Part shown: positions 8,739-19,477 of the stretch, in pieces | Position numbering within the stretch: position 1 is the stretch's first letter | Layout: the number at the start of each line of letters is the position of its first letter | Assembly: GCA_003819715.1 (NCBI GenBank) | Contig: RPQN01000017.1 | Location: forward strand, 1-56,635 | Reading direction: 5' to 3' | DNA length: 56,635 nucleotides | DNA from: Ignavibacteriota bacterium | Lineage (GTDB): Bacteria > Bacteroidota > Ignavibacteria > UBA10030 | The notes under the pieces: model-generated | What the model saw: the letters and a program-made list of their open reading frames with translations, nothing else | What the model was told of the DNA's origin: nothing | The model's database searches: none | Made by a program: the position numbers and the translations under genes

Positions 8739-9821
8739 ATGGAAATGAAAGGTACGGAATCCCTCGAAGACCGCGTGAAGCGGGTGGTGCAGGAAGAAGT
8801 GGTGATAGTTCCGTACAACCCGCTCTGGCCGGAATTATTTGAAGAAGAAAAAAAACATCTGTTCGACTGCCTGCCGCATGCTCTCATCAAACGAGTGGAA
8901 CATTTCGGAAGTACCGCAATCCCCCGGGTTTCTGCAAAACCCATTATTGATATCCTGGTGGAAGTGACCTCGCTTGACGCGGCGAAAGAAGTGATTGTCC
9001 CGATATTAATTTCGCAGGGATATGAATACTTCTGGCGGCCGGCGTTCGGCAATGACGGCCCGCCCTTTTACACCTGGTTCATCAAACGGAATACCGATGG
9101 ACACCGCACCCATCATCTCCATATGGTGGAAAGGGACAGCGAACTCTGGGACAGGCTGCTCTTCCGGGATTTTCTCATTGAACATCCTGCCATGGCAAAA
9201 GAATATGAACAATTGAAACGAGCCGCATCAGATACATTCCCGAACGACCGGAGTGCATATACCGCTGCAAAAACAGAATTCATTCTCAAGACGACAACCG
9301 CAGCAAAGGAATATTATACGATGAAAACATCATGCATGATAAGAAAAGCCGGCCTGTCCGACGTGGAAGCCATAAAAGAAATCTATAATGACGCCATTCT
9401 CACCACCACTGCAACGTTCGACACGGAACCGAAGAGCACGGAGGATCGGAGGCGCTGGTTTGAATCGCATGACGCGCGGCATCCGGTCTGGATAGCCGAG
9501 CTTGATGGAAAAGTCGCTGGCTGGGCCTCCTTAAGCGAGTGGTCGGATCGTCCGGCCTATAACGGCACCGGCGAATCATCGGTGTACGTCCGGCCTGAAT
9601 TCCATGGCCGGAAAATCGGTACCGCATTGATGCAAACCATGATCGACGAAGCCCGGCGGCTGCAGTACCAGACCATCATCGCGCGTATCGCCGGGGAGAG
9701 CGAGGTGAGTTTGATGTTGCATAAGAAATTGGGATTCGTCCGGATCGGCACGATGAAAGAAGTCGGACGAAAATTCGGAAAACTTCTGGATGTGCACATC
9801 CTGCAGAAAATGCTGGAGTAA
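8739..9821 (+). CDS. GrpB domain fused to GNAT N-acetyltransferase (phosphinothricin/methionine-sulfoximine acetyltransferase-like)
   Basis: The N-terminal ~190 aa carry GrpB-like motifs (VEHFGSTAIP, KPIIDILV, HHLHMV). The C-terminal ~165 aa form a PAT-type GNAT (YNDAILTTTATFDTEP, VYVRPEFHGRKIGTALM). One continuous frame. Confidence 0.75.
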   Translation: MEMKGTESLEDRVKRVVQEEVVIVPYNPLWPELFEEEKKHLFDCLPHALIKRVEHFGSTAIPRVSAKPIIDILVEVTSLDAAKEVIVPILISQGYEYFWRPAFGNDGPPFYTWFIKRNTDGHRTHHLHMVERDSELWDRLLFRDFLIEHPAMAKEYEQLKRAASDTFPNDRSAYTAAKTEFILKTTTAAKEYYTMKTSCMIRKAGLSDVEAIKEIYNDAILTTTATFDTEPKSTEDRRRWFESHDARHPVWIAELDGKVAGWASLSEWSDRPAYNGTGESSVYVRPEFHGRKIGTALMQTMIDEARRLQYQTIIARIAGESEVSLMLHKKLGFVRIGTMKEVGRKFGKLLDVHILQKMLE

Positions 9822-10050
9822 GCGGCTCGCTTTGAATGCACCGATGCCGATCATGAAAACGCATGACATCGCGCCATCAGGAGGAAGAATGGTAATTCTC
9901 CATCCTGTTTATCAAATTGATTTTAGAATCATTATCGAGTAAATTGTCTCAGAGGGTCACGGTTCAGGCAGAGTTCCGCTTTCTTGCCATGCGATCATTC
10001 ACTCTCCCCGCAGCATTCATCAATGAAAAACAGTGAGAAAGAAGTATCCA

Positions 10051-10605
10051 ATGAAAGAGAAGATACAGCTTATCGCCGAGCGGATCAGGGAGTTACGGGA
10101 AATTTCCGGTCTTTCCGCTTCGGCTCTGGCTCAAGAACTTGAAATTCCTTTGGAGGTCATACTTCAGTATGAGAGCGGAACGGTTGATATTCCCGTCGGA
10201 TTCCTGTATAAGGCAGCGCATAAATTCGGCATTGAACTGACTGCACTCCTCACCGGAGAAAATCCCAGGCTCCATGTGTATTGTGTCGTTCGCAAAGACC
10301 ATGGATTGAGCGTGGAACGAAGAAAGCAGTACAAATACGAAAGTCTTGCTTTTAATTTTATCAACAAAAAAGCGGAGCCGTTTGTCGTCAAAATTGATCC
10401 GGAACCCGAATCCGCACCGGTGGAATTTAATTCGCATCCCGGGCAGGAGTTCAATTATGTAATCGATGGAACGTTGAAGATTATTATTGATTCCCACGAA
10501 GTGATATTGAATCCGGGAGATTCCATCTATTTCGATTCCGCCTGCCAGCATGCCATGAAAGCGATGAATCAAACCCCGGTAAAGATGCTCGCGGTCGTTT
10601 TATAA
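10051..10605 (+). CDS. XRE-family HTH plus cupin domain transcriptional regulator
   Basis: N-terminal HTH_3-like segment [33 protein letters not shown]-terminal cupin segment ([12 protein letters not shown] ... [12 protein letters not shown]). Start taken at the ATG at 10051. Confidence 0.85.
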   Translation: MKEKIQLIAERIRELREISGLSASALAQELEIPLEVILQYESGTVDIPVGFLYKAAHKFGIELTALLTGENPRLHVYCVVRKDHGLSVERRKQYKYESLAFNFINKKAEPFVVKIDPEPESAPVEFNSHPGQEFNYVIDGTLKIIIDSHEVILNPGDSIYFDSACQHAMKAMNQTPVKMLAVVL

Positions 10606-10627
10606 CCATAAGATTAAAGAGAACCGT

Positions 10628-12283
10628 ATGCTTGATCATTTCCTTTCTCAAACAGATTTTCAATCCTATAAGGAATTTTACGAGAAGTTCGAAATCCGTA
10701 TCCCGGAAGATTTCAATTTTGCATTCGATGTCGTTGACGAGACCGCACGCCGCACACCCGGGAAGACAGCCATGGTCTGGTGCGACGACAAGGGAGGGGA
10801 AGCGACATTCACCTTCGGGCAGATGAAACGCTTCAGCGACAAAGCGGCAAATTTCTTCAGGTCGATCGGCATCCGCAAAGGAGATCCGGTCATGCTGATC
10901 TTGAAGCGCCGATATGAGTACTGGTTCTGCACACTGGCGTTAAACAAAATCGGCGCGATCACAATCCCTGCAACGCATCTTCTGAGTACGAAAGATATTG
11001 TCTATCGAAACAATGCTGCGGATATAAAAATGATCGTCAGTGTTCCGGATTCCGAAGTCCTCCGCCATGTGGAAGAAGCGGAAGCGAAATCGCCGACACT
11101 CCGGCAGAAGGCGGTCATCGGCACGACGCGTCAAGGCTGGTTGAACTTCACGGAGGAAATGGAAAAAAGTCCGGAGACGTTCGTCCGGGCCGATGAAGAT
11201 AAAACGTCCATCAAAGACACGATGCTCCTTTATTTTACATCCGGCACGACCGGGATGCCCAAAATGGTGAATCATAACTTTGCCTATCCGCTCGGACATA
11301 TTCTCACTGCAAAATACTGGCAATACGTTCAGGAGGACGGCCTTCATTTTACCGTCGCGGATACCGGCTGGGCAAAATCAGCCTGGGGGAAAATATACGG
11401 TCAATGGATTTCGGGCTGCGCCGTGATGACGTACGATTACGACAAATTTGTTCCGCGGCACCTCATGAAAGTCATTGAAAAATATCACGTGACCTCTTTT
11501 TGCGCGCCGCCGACCATCTATCGATTTTTAATAAAAGAAGATTTGAAACAATACGATTTGAAGCATTTGCACTATTGCGTCGTTGCCGGTGAACCGTTAA
11601 ATCCGGAGGTCTATAAACAATTTCTTGAATCGACGGGCATCCGGCTCATGGAAGGATACGGGCAAACGGAATGCACGGTCGCCGTTGCAACCTATTCGTG
11701 GATGGAACCCAAACCCGGATCCATGGGAAAACCCTCGCCGGGATATGATATCGACCTCATTGACATGGACGGCAAAGTCTGCGAAGTGGGGGAAATCGGG
11801 CAGATCGTTATTTATACTGCAAAAAGAAGACCGGTGGGGATGTTCGACGGATATTTCCGGGATGAAGAGCTGACAAAAAAAGTCTGGCAAAACGGTATCT
11901 ATTATACGGGTGATACCGCATGGCGCGACGAGGACGGGTATTACTGGTTTGTCGGGAGGGCCGACGATATTATTAAAAGTTCCGGCTACCGGATCGGCCC
12001 GTTCGAAGTGGAAAGCGCTCTCCTGGAACATCCGGCAGTATTGGAATGCGCCATCACGGCGGTCCCCGATCCTGAACGCGGTCAAATTGTGAAGGCAACG
12101 GTTGTCCTGGCGAAAGAGTTTCTGCCAGGCGATAAATTGGCAAGAGAATTGCAGGAGCACGTCAAGAAAGTCACCGCCCCGTATAAATACCCGAGGATTG
12201 TGGAGTTTGTCACAGAACTTCCGAAAACGATCAGCGGGAAAATACGCCGTGTGCAAATCAGAGGTGAGGAGAGCAGCGAATAA
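10628..12283 (+). CDS. AMP-forming acyl-CoA synthetase (medium-chain type)
   Basis: Contains [11 protein letters not shown] (AMP-binding motif), GYGQTE, YYTGD, and C-terminal [11 protein letters not shown]. Confidence 0.9.
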   Translation: MLDHFLSQTDFQSYKEFYEKFEIRIPEDFNFAFDVVDETARRTPGKTAMVWCDDKGGEATFTFGQMKRFSDKAANFFRSIGIRKGDPVMLILKRRYEYWFCTLALNKIGAITIPATHLLSTKDIVYRNNAADIKMIVSVPDSEVLRHVEEAEAKSPTLRQKAVIGTTRQGWLNFTEEMEKSPETFVRADEDKTSIKDTMLLYFTSGTTGMPKMVNHNFAYPLGHILTAKYWQYVQEDGLHFTVADTGWAKSAWGKIYGQWISGCAVMTYDYDKFVPRHLMKVIEKYHVTSFCAPPTIYRFLIKEDLKQYDLKHLHYCVVAGEPLNPEVYKQFLESTGIRLMEGYGQTECTVAVATYSWMEPKPGSMGKPSPGYDIDLIDMDGKVCEVGEIGQIVIYTAKRRPVGMFDGYFRDEELTKKVWQNGIYYTGDTAWRDEDGYYWFVGRADDIIKSSGYRIGPFEVESALLEHPAVLECAITAVPDPERGQIVKATVVLAKEFLPGDKLARELQEHVKKVTAPYKYPRIVEFVTELPKTISGKIRRVQIRGEESSE

Positions 12284-12414
12284 CCGATGGCCGTTCTGGA
12301 TCATGCTCCCCGCAATACGAGATGTCTGCCGGCAGAGCGCCATGGACGGCAGGTGAAACTTTTATTCTCATCACCTCAATCATGGTGTTTATCTCCGAAG
12401 AAGGGAAAATCCAT

Positions 12415-12852
12415 ATGACGGAAATGCAAATTACGTATCGCGGAGTGGTTCATCCTTGGCATTGCGATATCATGGGCCATATGAATGTGGTCTGGTACGT
12501 CAGTAAGTTTGATGAAGCTGCATGGCAGTTTGCTGCCATGATGGGTCTGGATAATTCGTATTTTATTAAGAAGCATATGGGAATTGCGGCAGTTCAACAG
12601 AACATCACCTATAAATCAGAGATCACTGCCGGCAGCGCTGTGACCGTGCGCTCCGGCGTGCTTGAAATAAAAGAGAAAACAGTGCGCATCGTTCATGAAA
12701 TGCGCAACGATTCGACGGGTGCCGTTGCCGCGGTGATGATATTGACGGTCGTCCATTTTAATACTCAAAAAAGAAAATCCTGCCCCCTGCCGGCAGATAT
12801 ACGGAAACGGGGAAACGAATTCATGGTGCAATACGATGGTGTGGAGAGATAA
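12415..12852 (+). CDS. Acyl-CoA thioesterase, 4HBT/YbgC-like hotdog fold
   Basis: RGVVHPWHCDIMGHMNVVWY is typical of 4HBT thioesterases. GAAGAAGGG lies upstream of the ATG at 12415; the ORF-track start of 12322 is probably an over-extension. Confidence 0.85.
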   Translation: MTEMQITYRGVVHPWHCDIMGHMNVVWYVSKFDEAAWQFAAMMGLDNSYFIKKHMGIAAVQQNITYKSEITAGSAVTVRSGVLEIKEKTVRIVHEMRNDSTGAVAAVMILTVVHFNTQKRKSCPLPADIRKRGNEFMVQYDGVER

Positions 12853-12922
12853 AGGGCCCGCTGCTTTCCGCTTGAATAATTTCCACTGAATAGTCCGCAC
12901 ATCCCTGGATGGAAAAATCAAA

Positions 12923-13624
12923 ATGAATGTACATTATTTTCAGCATGTACCGTATGAAGGACTGGGGAGTCTTGAGCCTTGGTTGAAGTCAGCATCTGCC
13001 CGGATTACCGCAACAAAATTTTATGAAAACACGTATCTCCCTAATATCCGCGATATCGATTGGCTGATCGTCATGGGCGGACCGATGAGTGTCAATGATG
13101 AACGGCGGTATCCGTGGCTGGCTGCAGAAAAAAAATTCATTGCTGACGCAATAGCAAACGGGAAGATTGTTTTCGGGGTGTGCCTCGGTGCCCAGTTAAT
13201 TGCACGTGCGCTGGGAGCCCGCGTGTATCCGAATCGCCATCGTGAAATTGGATGGTTGCCCGTTGAAGGGGTTGCACCGGGAAAGACATCAGCCCTTGGT
13301 ACTCTTATCCCTTCGCCGATGAATGCGTTTCATTGGCATGGAGAGACGTTTGATCTCCCTGAGCATGCAATTCATCTTGCACGAAGTGAAGGCTGCGAGC
13401 ATCAGGCCTTCTGTATCGGTGACCGGGTGTTGGGGCTGCAATTCCATCTTGAAGCCACACCGGTCATGGTCAGATTGCTGCTCGATCAATGTCCAGACGA
13501 TCTCATTCCGGGGCCGTACGTTCAAAACGGGGAAGAGATGCTCTCTAACCCTTCGCGGTTTCAGAGCATCAATGCAGTAATGGATGCAATTCTTGAATAC
13601 TGGAACGGTCCGGGTTCAAGATAA
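12923..13624 (+). CDS. Class I glutamine amidotransferase (GuaA-N-like)
   Basis: Contains the GVCLGAQL nucleophile elbow and a later HWHGETF / FHLE segment. Confidence 0.85.
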   Translation: MNVHYFQHVPYEGLGSLEPWLKSASARITATKFYENTYLPNIRDIDWLIVMGGPMSVNDERRYPWLAAEKKFIADAIANGKIVFGVCLGAQLIARALGARVYPNRHREIGWLPVEGVAPGKTSALGTLIPSPMNAFHWHGETFDLPEHAIHLARSEGCEHQAFCIGDRVLGLQFHLEATPVMVRLLLDQCPDDLIPGPYVQNGEEMLSNPSRFQSINAVMDAILEYWNGPGSR

Positions 13625-13749
13625 CAAGTGGGTGCGTAAAACATCCACGCAGCGGTTTTTTTGTTTTTCAATTCTCTTTTTTCTCTGGAATTTGCGGTTC
13701 GAATCATTTAAGGGTGTGGTATCTTTTTTTTAATAATCGATCGAAAATT

Positions 13750-16281
13750 ATGAAAATTATCATGTTCGGTGTTCTCATATTCATTGCTGTTCTCCCGCTT
13801 TCAGCACAATCATTTAAGGGGGATATTGTCGGCTATATCATTGACGGAAAAACCCAGGAACCTTTACCGGTCGTCAACGTGCGGGTGGTGGAACTGCCGG
13901 CCTTCGGTGCCGTCACAGATTCATCGGGAAATTTCAGCATTCACGGGATCCCGGTCGGTACCTATAGTCTGAAAGCGACACTGATCGGCTATGAGAGCAT
14001 GATCCTGACGAACGTTGTGGTATCGACCGGAAGAAGCACGAAAACTTCTTTAAAACTGTTTGAGCAGGCGGTCGAAGTCGGCGGCGTCACCGTCCGGGCA
14101 TCGTATTTTACGAGGAATAATGAAATCGCGCCGTTGAGCGTGAATAGCTATGATCGGGCGGAAGTAAAACGCCAGCCGGGTTCCGTTCAGGATGTGCAGC
14201 GTGTCGTCCAGAATCTTCCGGGTGTCGCCAGTTCGAACGACAATATGAATGAACTCATCGTCCGCGGCGGCGCACCGTATGAAAATCTTACGGTGATGGA
14301 ACACATGGAAATCCCTTCCATCAATCATTATCCCAACGAATTTAATTCTTCCGGTCCGATCAATATGGTCAATATCGATCTCGTCGAGGATGTTCAATTT
14401 TCAGCGGGCGGATTTCCCGCACAATACGGAGATAAAATATCTTCCATTATGGATATCACCATCCGGGAGGGCGACCGGGAAAAAGGATTTGCCTCCAATA
14501 CCGGCTTTAATATGGCAGGCTTCGGCACATTAATGGAGGGCCGGCTCGCCGATGGAAAAGGATCATGGATCCTTTCTGCTCGAAGAAGCTTTTTAGAGGT
14601 CATCGATCAGATGATCGGGATGTCGGCCATTTCACTCACCGCGATTCCCAAGTACTGGGATGCGCAAACGAAGATCGTCTACGACCTTTCGCCGACGCAG
14701 AAGCTGACGTTGAACGGCCTGTTCGGCGACAGCCGAATTTATATCGACGGTAATCCCAAGCAGCAAAATAAAAATCTTGCCGGCATGACAACGCTCTCGA
14801 GCGTCGAAAACGTCAACAATCAAAACAAACAGTATGCCCTGGGAATGAATTTAAAAAGTCTGTGGGGGAAGGAAGGATATTCTGTGCTGTCGTTGTATAC
14901 CGTTGGCACACAGTATAACACCGATGTTCAGCAGGTTTTTTCGGACCGAAGATACGATCGAAACGGGAATGTGGTATCCTACCAGTTCCATAGTGCAAAA
15001 AATGTATTTAATTCGCACAACGACGAGGCGTTTTACGCTTTGAAATATGAATTGTTTTATAAAGTCCATCCGCAGCATGATTTCAGGATCGGCGCGCAAT
15101 TGTTCACGGCCAGTCACTGGATCGGAAGAACGACCTTTGGAGGAGATACCATTTATTATGATCTCAACCAGAACGGCCGGCCCGATCCCCTGTCGGATAA
15201 ATTTGTCATTTCGCCGAACGGCGACATCCCCAACGCAATTCATTTTGGCGACGCCAGCAAAGGGTACGCCTATGTGAGCGACCGGTATCGGATCGCTCCC
15301 CGTCTCGCCCTCACCCTTGGCGTGAGGTACGATTATTTCACCTATTCCGGGAAAGGCCATATCGGTCCCCGGGCGAACATCGCCTATGAACTCATTCCCT
15401 ATGTGACCACCGTTTCGTTTGCCGCCGGAGAATACTGGCAAACCCAGCCCTTCCCGAATTATTCCGACCGGCAAAACATCGGATATAATAAATCCATCGA
15501 CCATGCAAAAGCGCAGCATGCCGTTCTCGGCCTTCAGCATATCCTGGATGATGGCGTAAAAATGAGTCTCGAGACATATTATAAAAAGTTTTCCCAAATC
15601 CCGATTGAAGAGCAGTATATTCATTCACTGGTTGACACTCTCTGGACAGATCGTCAGCTGGCCGTCGGCAGACGAACCTCTTACGGCCTTGAGTTTCTGT
15701 TGCAGAAAAAACAGGTCACTAATTACTACGGCACCATCAGCGTCTCTCTCTCAAAAACTCTCGACGAAGACCCGCGCATCGGGAAAGAAGGGCGGACCTA
15801 TCCTTCGCAGTACGATTATCCGGTGATCGTCAATCTCGTCGGCGGGAAAGTGGTAAAAGGGATCCGTTCGTGGTTAGACGAACAGCCGTTTTTTATCAAG
15901 TATCCATCGTATATTCTTCCGCTGTCCGATGAGATGGAAATAAGTTTCCGGTACCGTTACCAGACCGGCAAGCCCAGCACGCCCAGGATATTCAATCCGG
16001 ATGTGCATTACAGGGAGGGAGGAATACAATGGTCCAAGGGATCGTGGGAATATAATAAAAACGAAGTCAACAGCACTCGTTACCCCGACTACAGCCGGAT
16101 CGACATTGAATGGATCAGCCGGTTTTACATGGAGCGATGGAATATCAATGTCTACATCGCTCTCATGAATGTGCTCAACCACAAAAATGTGTTTTATTAT
16201 GAATATAAAAGCGATGGAACAATTGAACCGGCGTATCAATTTGCGTTCTTCCCTGTCGGAGGAATCGAAATAGAATTTTAA
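13750..16281 (+). CDS. TonB-dependent receptor with N-terminal carboxypeptidase-regulatory-like domain
   Basis: Signal peptide, a CarbopepD_reg-like segment (GYIIDGKTQEPLPVVNVRV ... GNFSIHGIPVGTYSLKATLIGY), plug motifs, a long beta-rich region and a C-terminal GGIEIEF ending in Phe. Confidence 0.85.
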   Translation: MKIIMFGVLIFIAVLPLSAQSFKGDIVGYIIDGKTQEPLPVVNVRVVELPAFGAVTDSSGNFSIHGIPVGTYSLKATLIGYESMILTNVVVSTGRSTKTSLKLFEQAVEVGGVTVRASYFTRNNEIAPLSVNSYDRAEVKRQPGSVQDVQRVVQNLPGVASSNDNMNELIVRGGAPYENLTVMEHMEIPSINHYPNEFNSSGPINMVNIDLVEDVQFSAGGFPAQYGDKISSIMDITIREGDREKGFASNTGFNMAGFGTLMEGRLADGKGSWILSARRSFLEVIDQMIGMSAISLTAIPKYWDAQTKIVYDLSPTQKLTLNGLFGDSRIYIDGNPKQQNKNLAGMTTLSSVENVNNQNKQYALGMNLKSLWGKEGYSVLSLYTVGTQYNTDVQQVFSDRRYDRNGNVVSYQFHSAKNVFNSHNDEAFYALKYELFYKVHPQHDFRIGAQLFTASHWIGRTTFGGDTIYYDLNQNGRPDPLSDKFVISPNGDIPNAIHFGDASKGYAYVSDRYRIAPRLALTLGVRYDYFTYSGKGHIGPRANIAYELIPYVTTVSFAAGEYWQTQPFPNYSDRQNIGYNKSIDHAKAQHAVLGLQHILDDGVKMSLETYYKKFSQIPIEEQYIHSLVDTLWTDRQLAVGRRTSYGLEFLLQKKQVTNYYGTISVSLSKTLDEDPRIGKEGRTYPSQYDYPVIVNLVGGKVVKGIRSWLDEQPFFIKYPSYILPLSDEMEISFRYRYQTGKPSTPRIFNPDVHYREGGIQWSKGSWEYNKNEVNSTRYPDYSRIDIEWISRFYMERWNINVYIALMNVLNHKNVFYYEYKSDGTIEPAYQFAFFPVGGIEIEF

Positions 16282-16366
16282 GTACACAATTGATTCGCAG
16301 AACTTTTCCTGCCATATTGAAGCCGGCGGATGCTGTTGAAGAACCGCCTCCACCGGTTTTCGAACG

Positions 16367-17188
16367 ATGAACATATCACAGGAATTTGCTTTGCGTTTTC
16401 ATACTGCCGCCATTGCCCTGATCCTTACCCTCATCTCTTCTCAAACAATTTTTGCACAAGAGACTACACTTGTCGCAACGGATACTTCCCGTTCGTCGCA
16501 GACATGGACATACGTCGGTGCCGGCAGTGCCGTCCTGATTACTGCAGTGTTGATTCACTATGATCAGGAGATTTATGACCATCTTTATGCCTGGAGAAAA
16601 AGGTACAGACCCGCGGATAAGACAAGTCCGGTAATAACCAATATGGGCGACGGAACCTTTTCCATCGGATTGTTTGGAGGATTTGCCGGATACGGGTTGA
16701 TCTTCAACGATAAAAAGGCGGTCGAAGTCGGCAAGATCGGCCTCGAATCCTTCCTGCTGACCGGAATCACAGTGCAGATATTTAAAAATCTCTGCGGGCG
16801 CGAACGGCCGAGTGCATCAACACGTCCCGGAGGTTTCTGGCATGGACCATTTTCCTATTTACGTGAACCCAAAGGCGGCAAAGGGATCGCTTCGTTTGAT
16901 GCGTTTCCTTCCGGTCATACGACCACGGTTTTTGCAGCCGCAACAACCATCTCCGACTTCTATACCGAACCATGGGTGTCTTACGTGAGTTATTCGCTGG
17001 CCTCTCTCACCGCCATAAGCAGAGTAACCCAGAGTACGCATTGGATGAGCGATTGCTTTGTCGGAGCGATCATCGGCTATTACGGTACAAAACTGGTGGA
17101 ACACTTGAATTATGGAAACAGCAGCTTCACCCTCCAGCCGAAAGCGGATGAATATCAGTACGGCTTAACTCTGAGTGTGAAGTTTTAA
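16367..17188 (+). CDS. PAP2 superfamily phosphatase
   Basis: Contains the three PAP2 motifs: KNLCGRERP, PSGHTT and SRVTQSTHWMSD. N-terminal signal-like segment. Confidence 0.85.
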   Translation: MNISQEFALRFHTAAIALILTLISSQTIFAQETTLVATDTSRSSQTWTYVGAGSAVLITAVLIHYDQEIYDHLYAWRKRYRPADKTSPVITNMGDGTFSIGLFGGFAGYGLIFNDKKAVEVGKIGLESFLLTGITVQIFKNLCGRERPSASTRPGGFWHGPFSYLREPKGGKGIASFDAFPSGHTTTVFAAATTISDFYTEPWVSYVSYSLASLTAISRVTQSTHWMSDCFVGAIIGYYGTKLVEHLNYGNSSFTLQPKADEYQYGLTLSVKF

Positions 17189-17189
17189 A

Positions 17190-18110
17190 ATGGACACGAT
17201 GAAAAAATTTCTTTTTTCCGGAATTCTCTGTGTTGGATTAATGACCTGCTGCTTCTCCAGAAGCCATGCGCAAGCGATCCAACAACAATCTCCGCAAGAT
17301 TCAAGTCTCGCCACCGGCCAGGCGAATCAGGAAAATATTCAATGGTATACCATGATGGCAAACATTCCACGCGACTGGGGCCGCTGGTATGATATTTCCT
17401 TCCGGAAAGAACGAATCAATGACTGGCTTCTGGTCGGCGGATTGACACTCGCGACATATTTGAGCGATGACATGACCTATACTCCATCGGCAAAATTTTA
17501 TCACAGTTCTCCGGAGGCAAAGAAATGGAGCGACTTCTGTGCGAACATCGGCGACGGGACGACACAGTTTGCACTTGCCGGATCTTTTGGTGCCTATGGC
17601 CTCCTTTTTAAAGATCAGAAAGCGCTGCGAACCGGCAGCCAGATTGTCCAGGCGGTGCTCGCGTCCGGAGCAATCATTCAAGTGCTGAAACACGTGACCG
17701 GCCGCGAAAGTCCGTTCGTGCGGACGACCCCGACCGGTGTCTGGAAAATCCTGCCGAACCAGATCGATTATCACCGCAGGGTCCCGCAATTTGACGCATA
17801 TCCATCCGGACACATCTGCACATCCATTGCGACGGTTATCGTTATTGCGGAAAATTATCCGGATGTAAAGTGGATTCGACCTGCGGGTTACGCGTTTACA
17901 ACACTGGTTGGGCTTGGTATGCTGAGCAACGGCATTCACTGGGTCAGCGATTACCCGCTCGGATTATTCATCGGGTACTATTTCGGGATGCTTGCGGCCC
18001 ACCCTGAAGGAATGCCGGTCATGGATTCCGGTGACGGAAAATTGAAAGTGCAGCTCCTCCCAAACATTACTCCAATCGGTACCGGCGTCACGTTGACGAT
18101 GAAATTTTAA
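17190..18110 (+). CDS. PAP2 superfamily phosphatase (tandem paralog)
   Basis: Contains KHVTGRESP, PSGH and GIHWVSD. It starts 2 nt after the upstream paralog's stop. Confidence 0.85.
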   Translation: MDTMKKFLFSGILCVGLMTCCFSRSHAQAIQQQSPQDSSLATGQANQENIQWYTMMANIPRDWGRWYDISFRKERINDWLLVGGLTLATYLSDDMTYTPSAKFYHSSPEAKKWSDFCANIGDGTTQFALAGSFGAYGLLFKDQKALRTGSQIVQAVLASGAIIQVLKHVTGRESPFVRTTPTGVWKILPNQIDYHRRVPQFDAYPSGHICTSIATVIVIAENYPDVKWIRPAGYAFTTLVGLGMLSNGIHWVSDYPLGLFIGYYFGMLAAHPEGMPVMDSGDGKLKVQLLPNITPIGTGVTLTMKF

Positions 18111-18166
18111 TTGGGCAAAAAACAACGATCATCTCACCGACCATTGTTCATACGCAACCGCTCACA

Positions 18167-19264
18167 TCACACATTAAACCGTACAAACATCACATCCCCA
18201 TCTTCAATTATATATTCACGTCCTTCAACGTGTAGCAATCCTGCATCGCGGACAGCAGCTTCGGTTCCAAGCCGGTCAAAATTCGCATATTTGATAATTT
18301 CAGCGCGGATAAAACCCTGTTCAAAGTCGCTGTGGATTTCTCCGGCGGCCTGCGGCGCAGTCGTGCGGCGCTTCACCGTCCAGGCATGGACTTCCTTCGG
18401 GCCGGCGGTAAAGAACGTGATGAGGTGCAGGAGATCGTACCCTTCGCGAATAACTTTGCTTAATCCGGATTCCTGCAAACCGAGCCCGGTCAGAAATGCC
18501 TGCCGTTCCGATTCGGGGAGCTGTGAAATTTCTGATTCGACTGCCGCACTGACCGTGACGACCTTGGCGTTTTCTTTGGCGGCCGTTTCACGGACCTGTT
18601 CCACGTAGTTATTGATGCCGGATAATTCACGTTCATGCACATTACAGACATACATCACGGGTTTATCGGTGAGCAGGTGCAGATCGCGGAGTGAGCGCTG
18701 TTCGTCATCGCTTCCCGGAAGGAGGTACCGCGCGAGCCTTCCGTTCAGCAAATGGTTTCTGACCGCCGCATAAAATTCTTCTTCCGCCTTTATCTTTTTA
18801 TCACCGATCCTGGCACGCTTTTCGACTTCCGACAGTTTTTTCTCAACGGTCTCCAGATCCTTTAATATCAACTCCGTCTCGACGACTTCGATATCATACG
18901 ATGGATGAACCGCACCGTCGACATGGATAATGTCCGGATCGTCGAAGCAGCGGACGACATGGACGATGGCATCCACCATCCGGATGTGCGCGAGAAACTG
19001 GTTGCCGAGCCCTTCGCCTTTGCTCGCCCCTTTCACCAGCCCGGCGATGTCGAGAAACTCCAGCGTGGTCGGAACAATTTTCGGAGTGTTATAAATCTTC
19101 GCCAACCGCTCGATCCGGTGATCCGGCACGGCGACCACGCCGATATTCGGATCAATAGTACAAAATGGATAATTGGCGACATTCGCCCCGGCAGCGGTGA
19201 TAGCATTAAACAATGTCGATTTGCCGACATTCGGTAATCCGACTATTCCGCACGTAAATCCCAT
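18167..19264 (-). CDS. ychF: Redox-regulated ATPase YchF
   Basis: 365 aa. Contains [16 protein letters not shown] (P-loop), [10 protein letters not shown], and a C-terminal TGS-like [19 protein letters not shown]. Confidence 0.95.
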   Translation of the reverse strand: MGFTCGIVGLPNVGKSTLFNAITAAGANVANYPFCTIDPNIGVVAVPDHRIERLAKIYNTPKIVPTTLEFLDIAGLVKGASKGEGLGNQFLAHIRMVDAIVHVVRCFDDPDIIHVDGAVHPSYDIEVVETELILKDLETVEKKLSEVEKRARIGDKKIKAEEEFYAAVRNHLLNGRLARYLLPGSDDEQRSLRDLHLLTDKPVMYVCNVHERELSGINNYVEQVRETAAKENAKVVTVSAAVESEISQLPESERQAFLTGLGLQESGLSKVIREGYDLLHLITFFTAGPKEVHAWTVKRRTTAPQAAGEIHSDFEQGFIRAEIIKYANFDRLGTEAAVRDAGLLHVEGREYIIEDGDVMFVRFNV

Positions 19265-19410
19265 GTCGTTTGTTTTGTCCTAATCGTGTGTAACGATGTT
19301 ATTGCGGAGAGACCTTCAACTCCTCTGGAGTTGCATATCGGCTTCCGCATAAAATATAGCCAGCGGTTTCCTGCAAACCAAGTGAGACACAAAAATGCGC
19401 AAATTTTTTC

Positions 19411-19439
19411 TTGCATAATTATCCATAATATGGTATATT
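19411..19439 (+). promoter_or_regulatory. Putative argC promoter (TTGCAT-N17-TATATT) overlapping AT-rich dyads (candidate ArgR operator)
   Basis: TTGCAT at 19411-19416 and TATATT at 19434-19439, with 17-nt spacing. TGCATAATTATCCA (19412-19425) matches 12/14 positions of both its own reverse complement and the TGAAT-N4-ATTCA ARG-box core. The CCATAATATGG dyad follows. Confidence 0.4.
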
Positions 19440-19477
19440 AATACAACCCAAAATTGACTGAACAAGAGGTGGATTTT

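Noticed and set aside
13625-13700. Possible terminator after the GATase1 gene (T-run GGTTTTTTTGTTTTT).
   Set aside because: I could only find 4-5 bp of stem upstream of the T-run, which is too weak to call confidently.
18111-18608. 165-aa plus-strand ORF after the second PAP2 gene.
   Set aside because: It lies antisense to the 3' half of ychF and has a Ser/Arg/Pro-rich shadow-frame composition with no motif.
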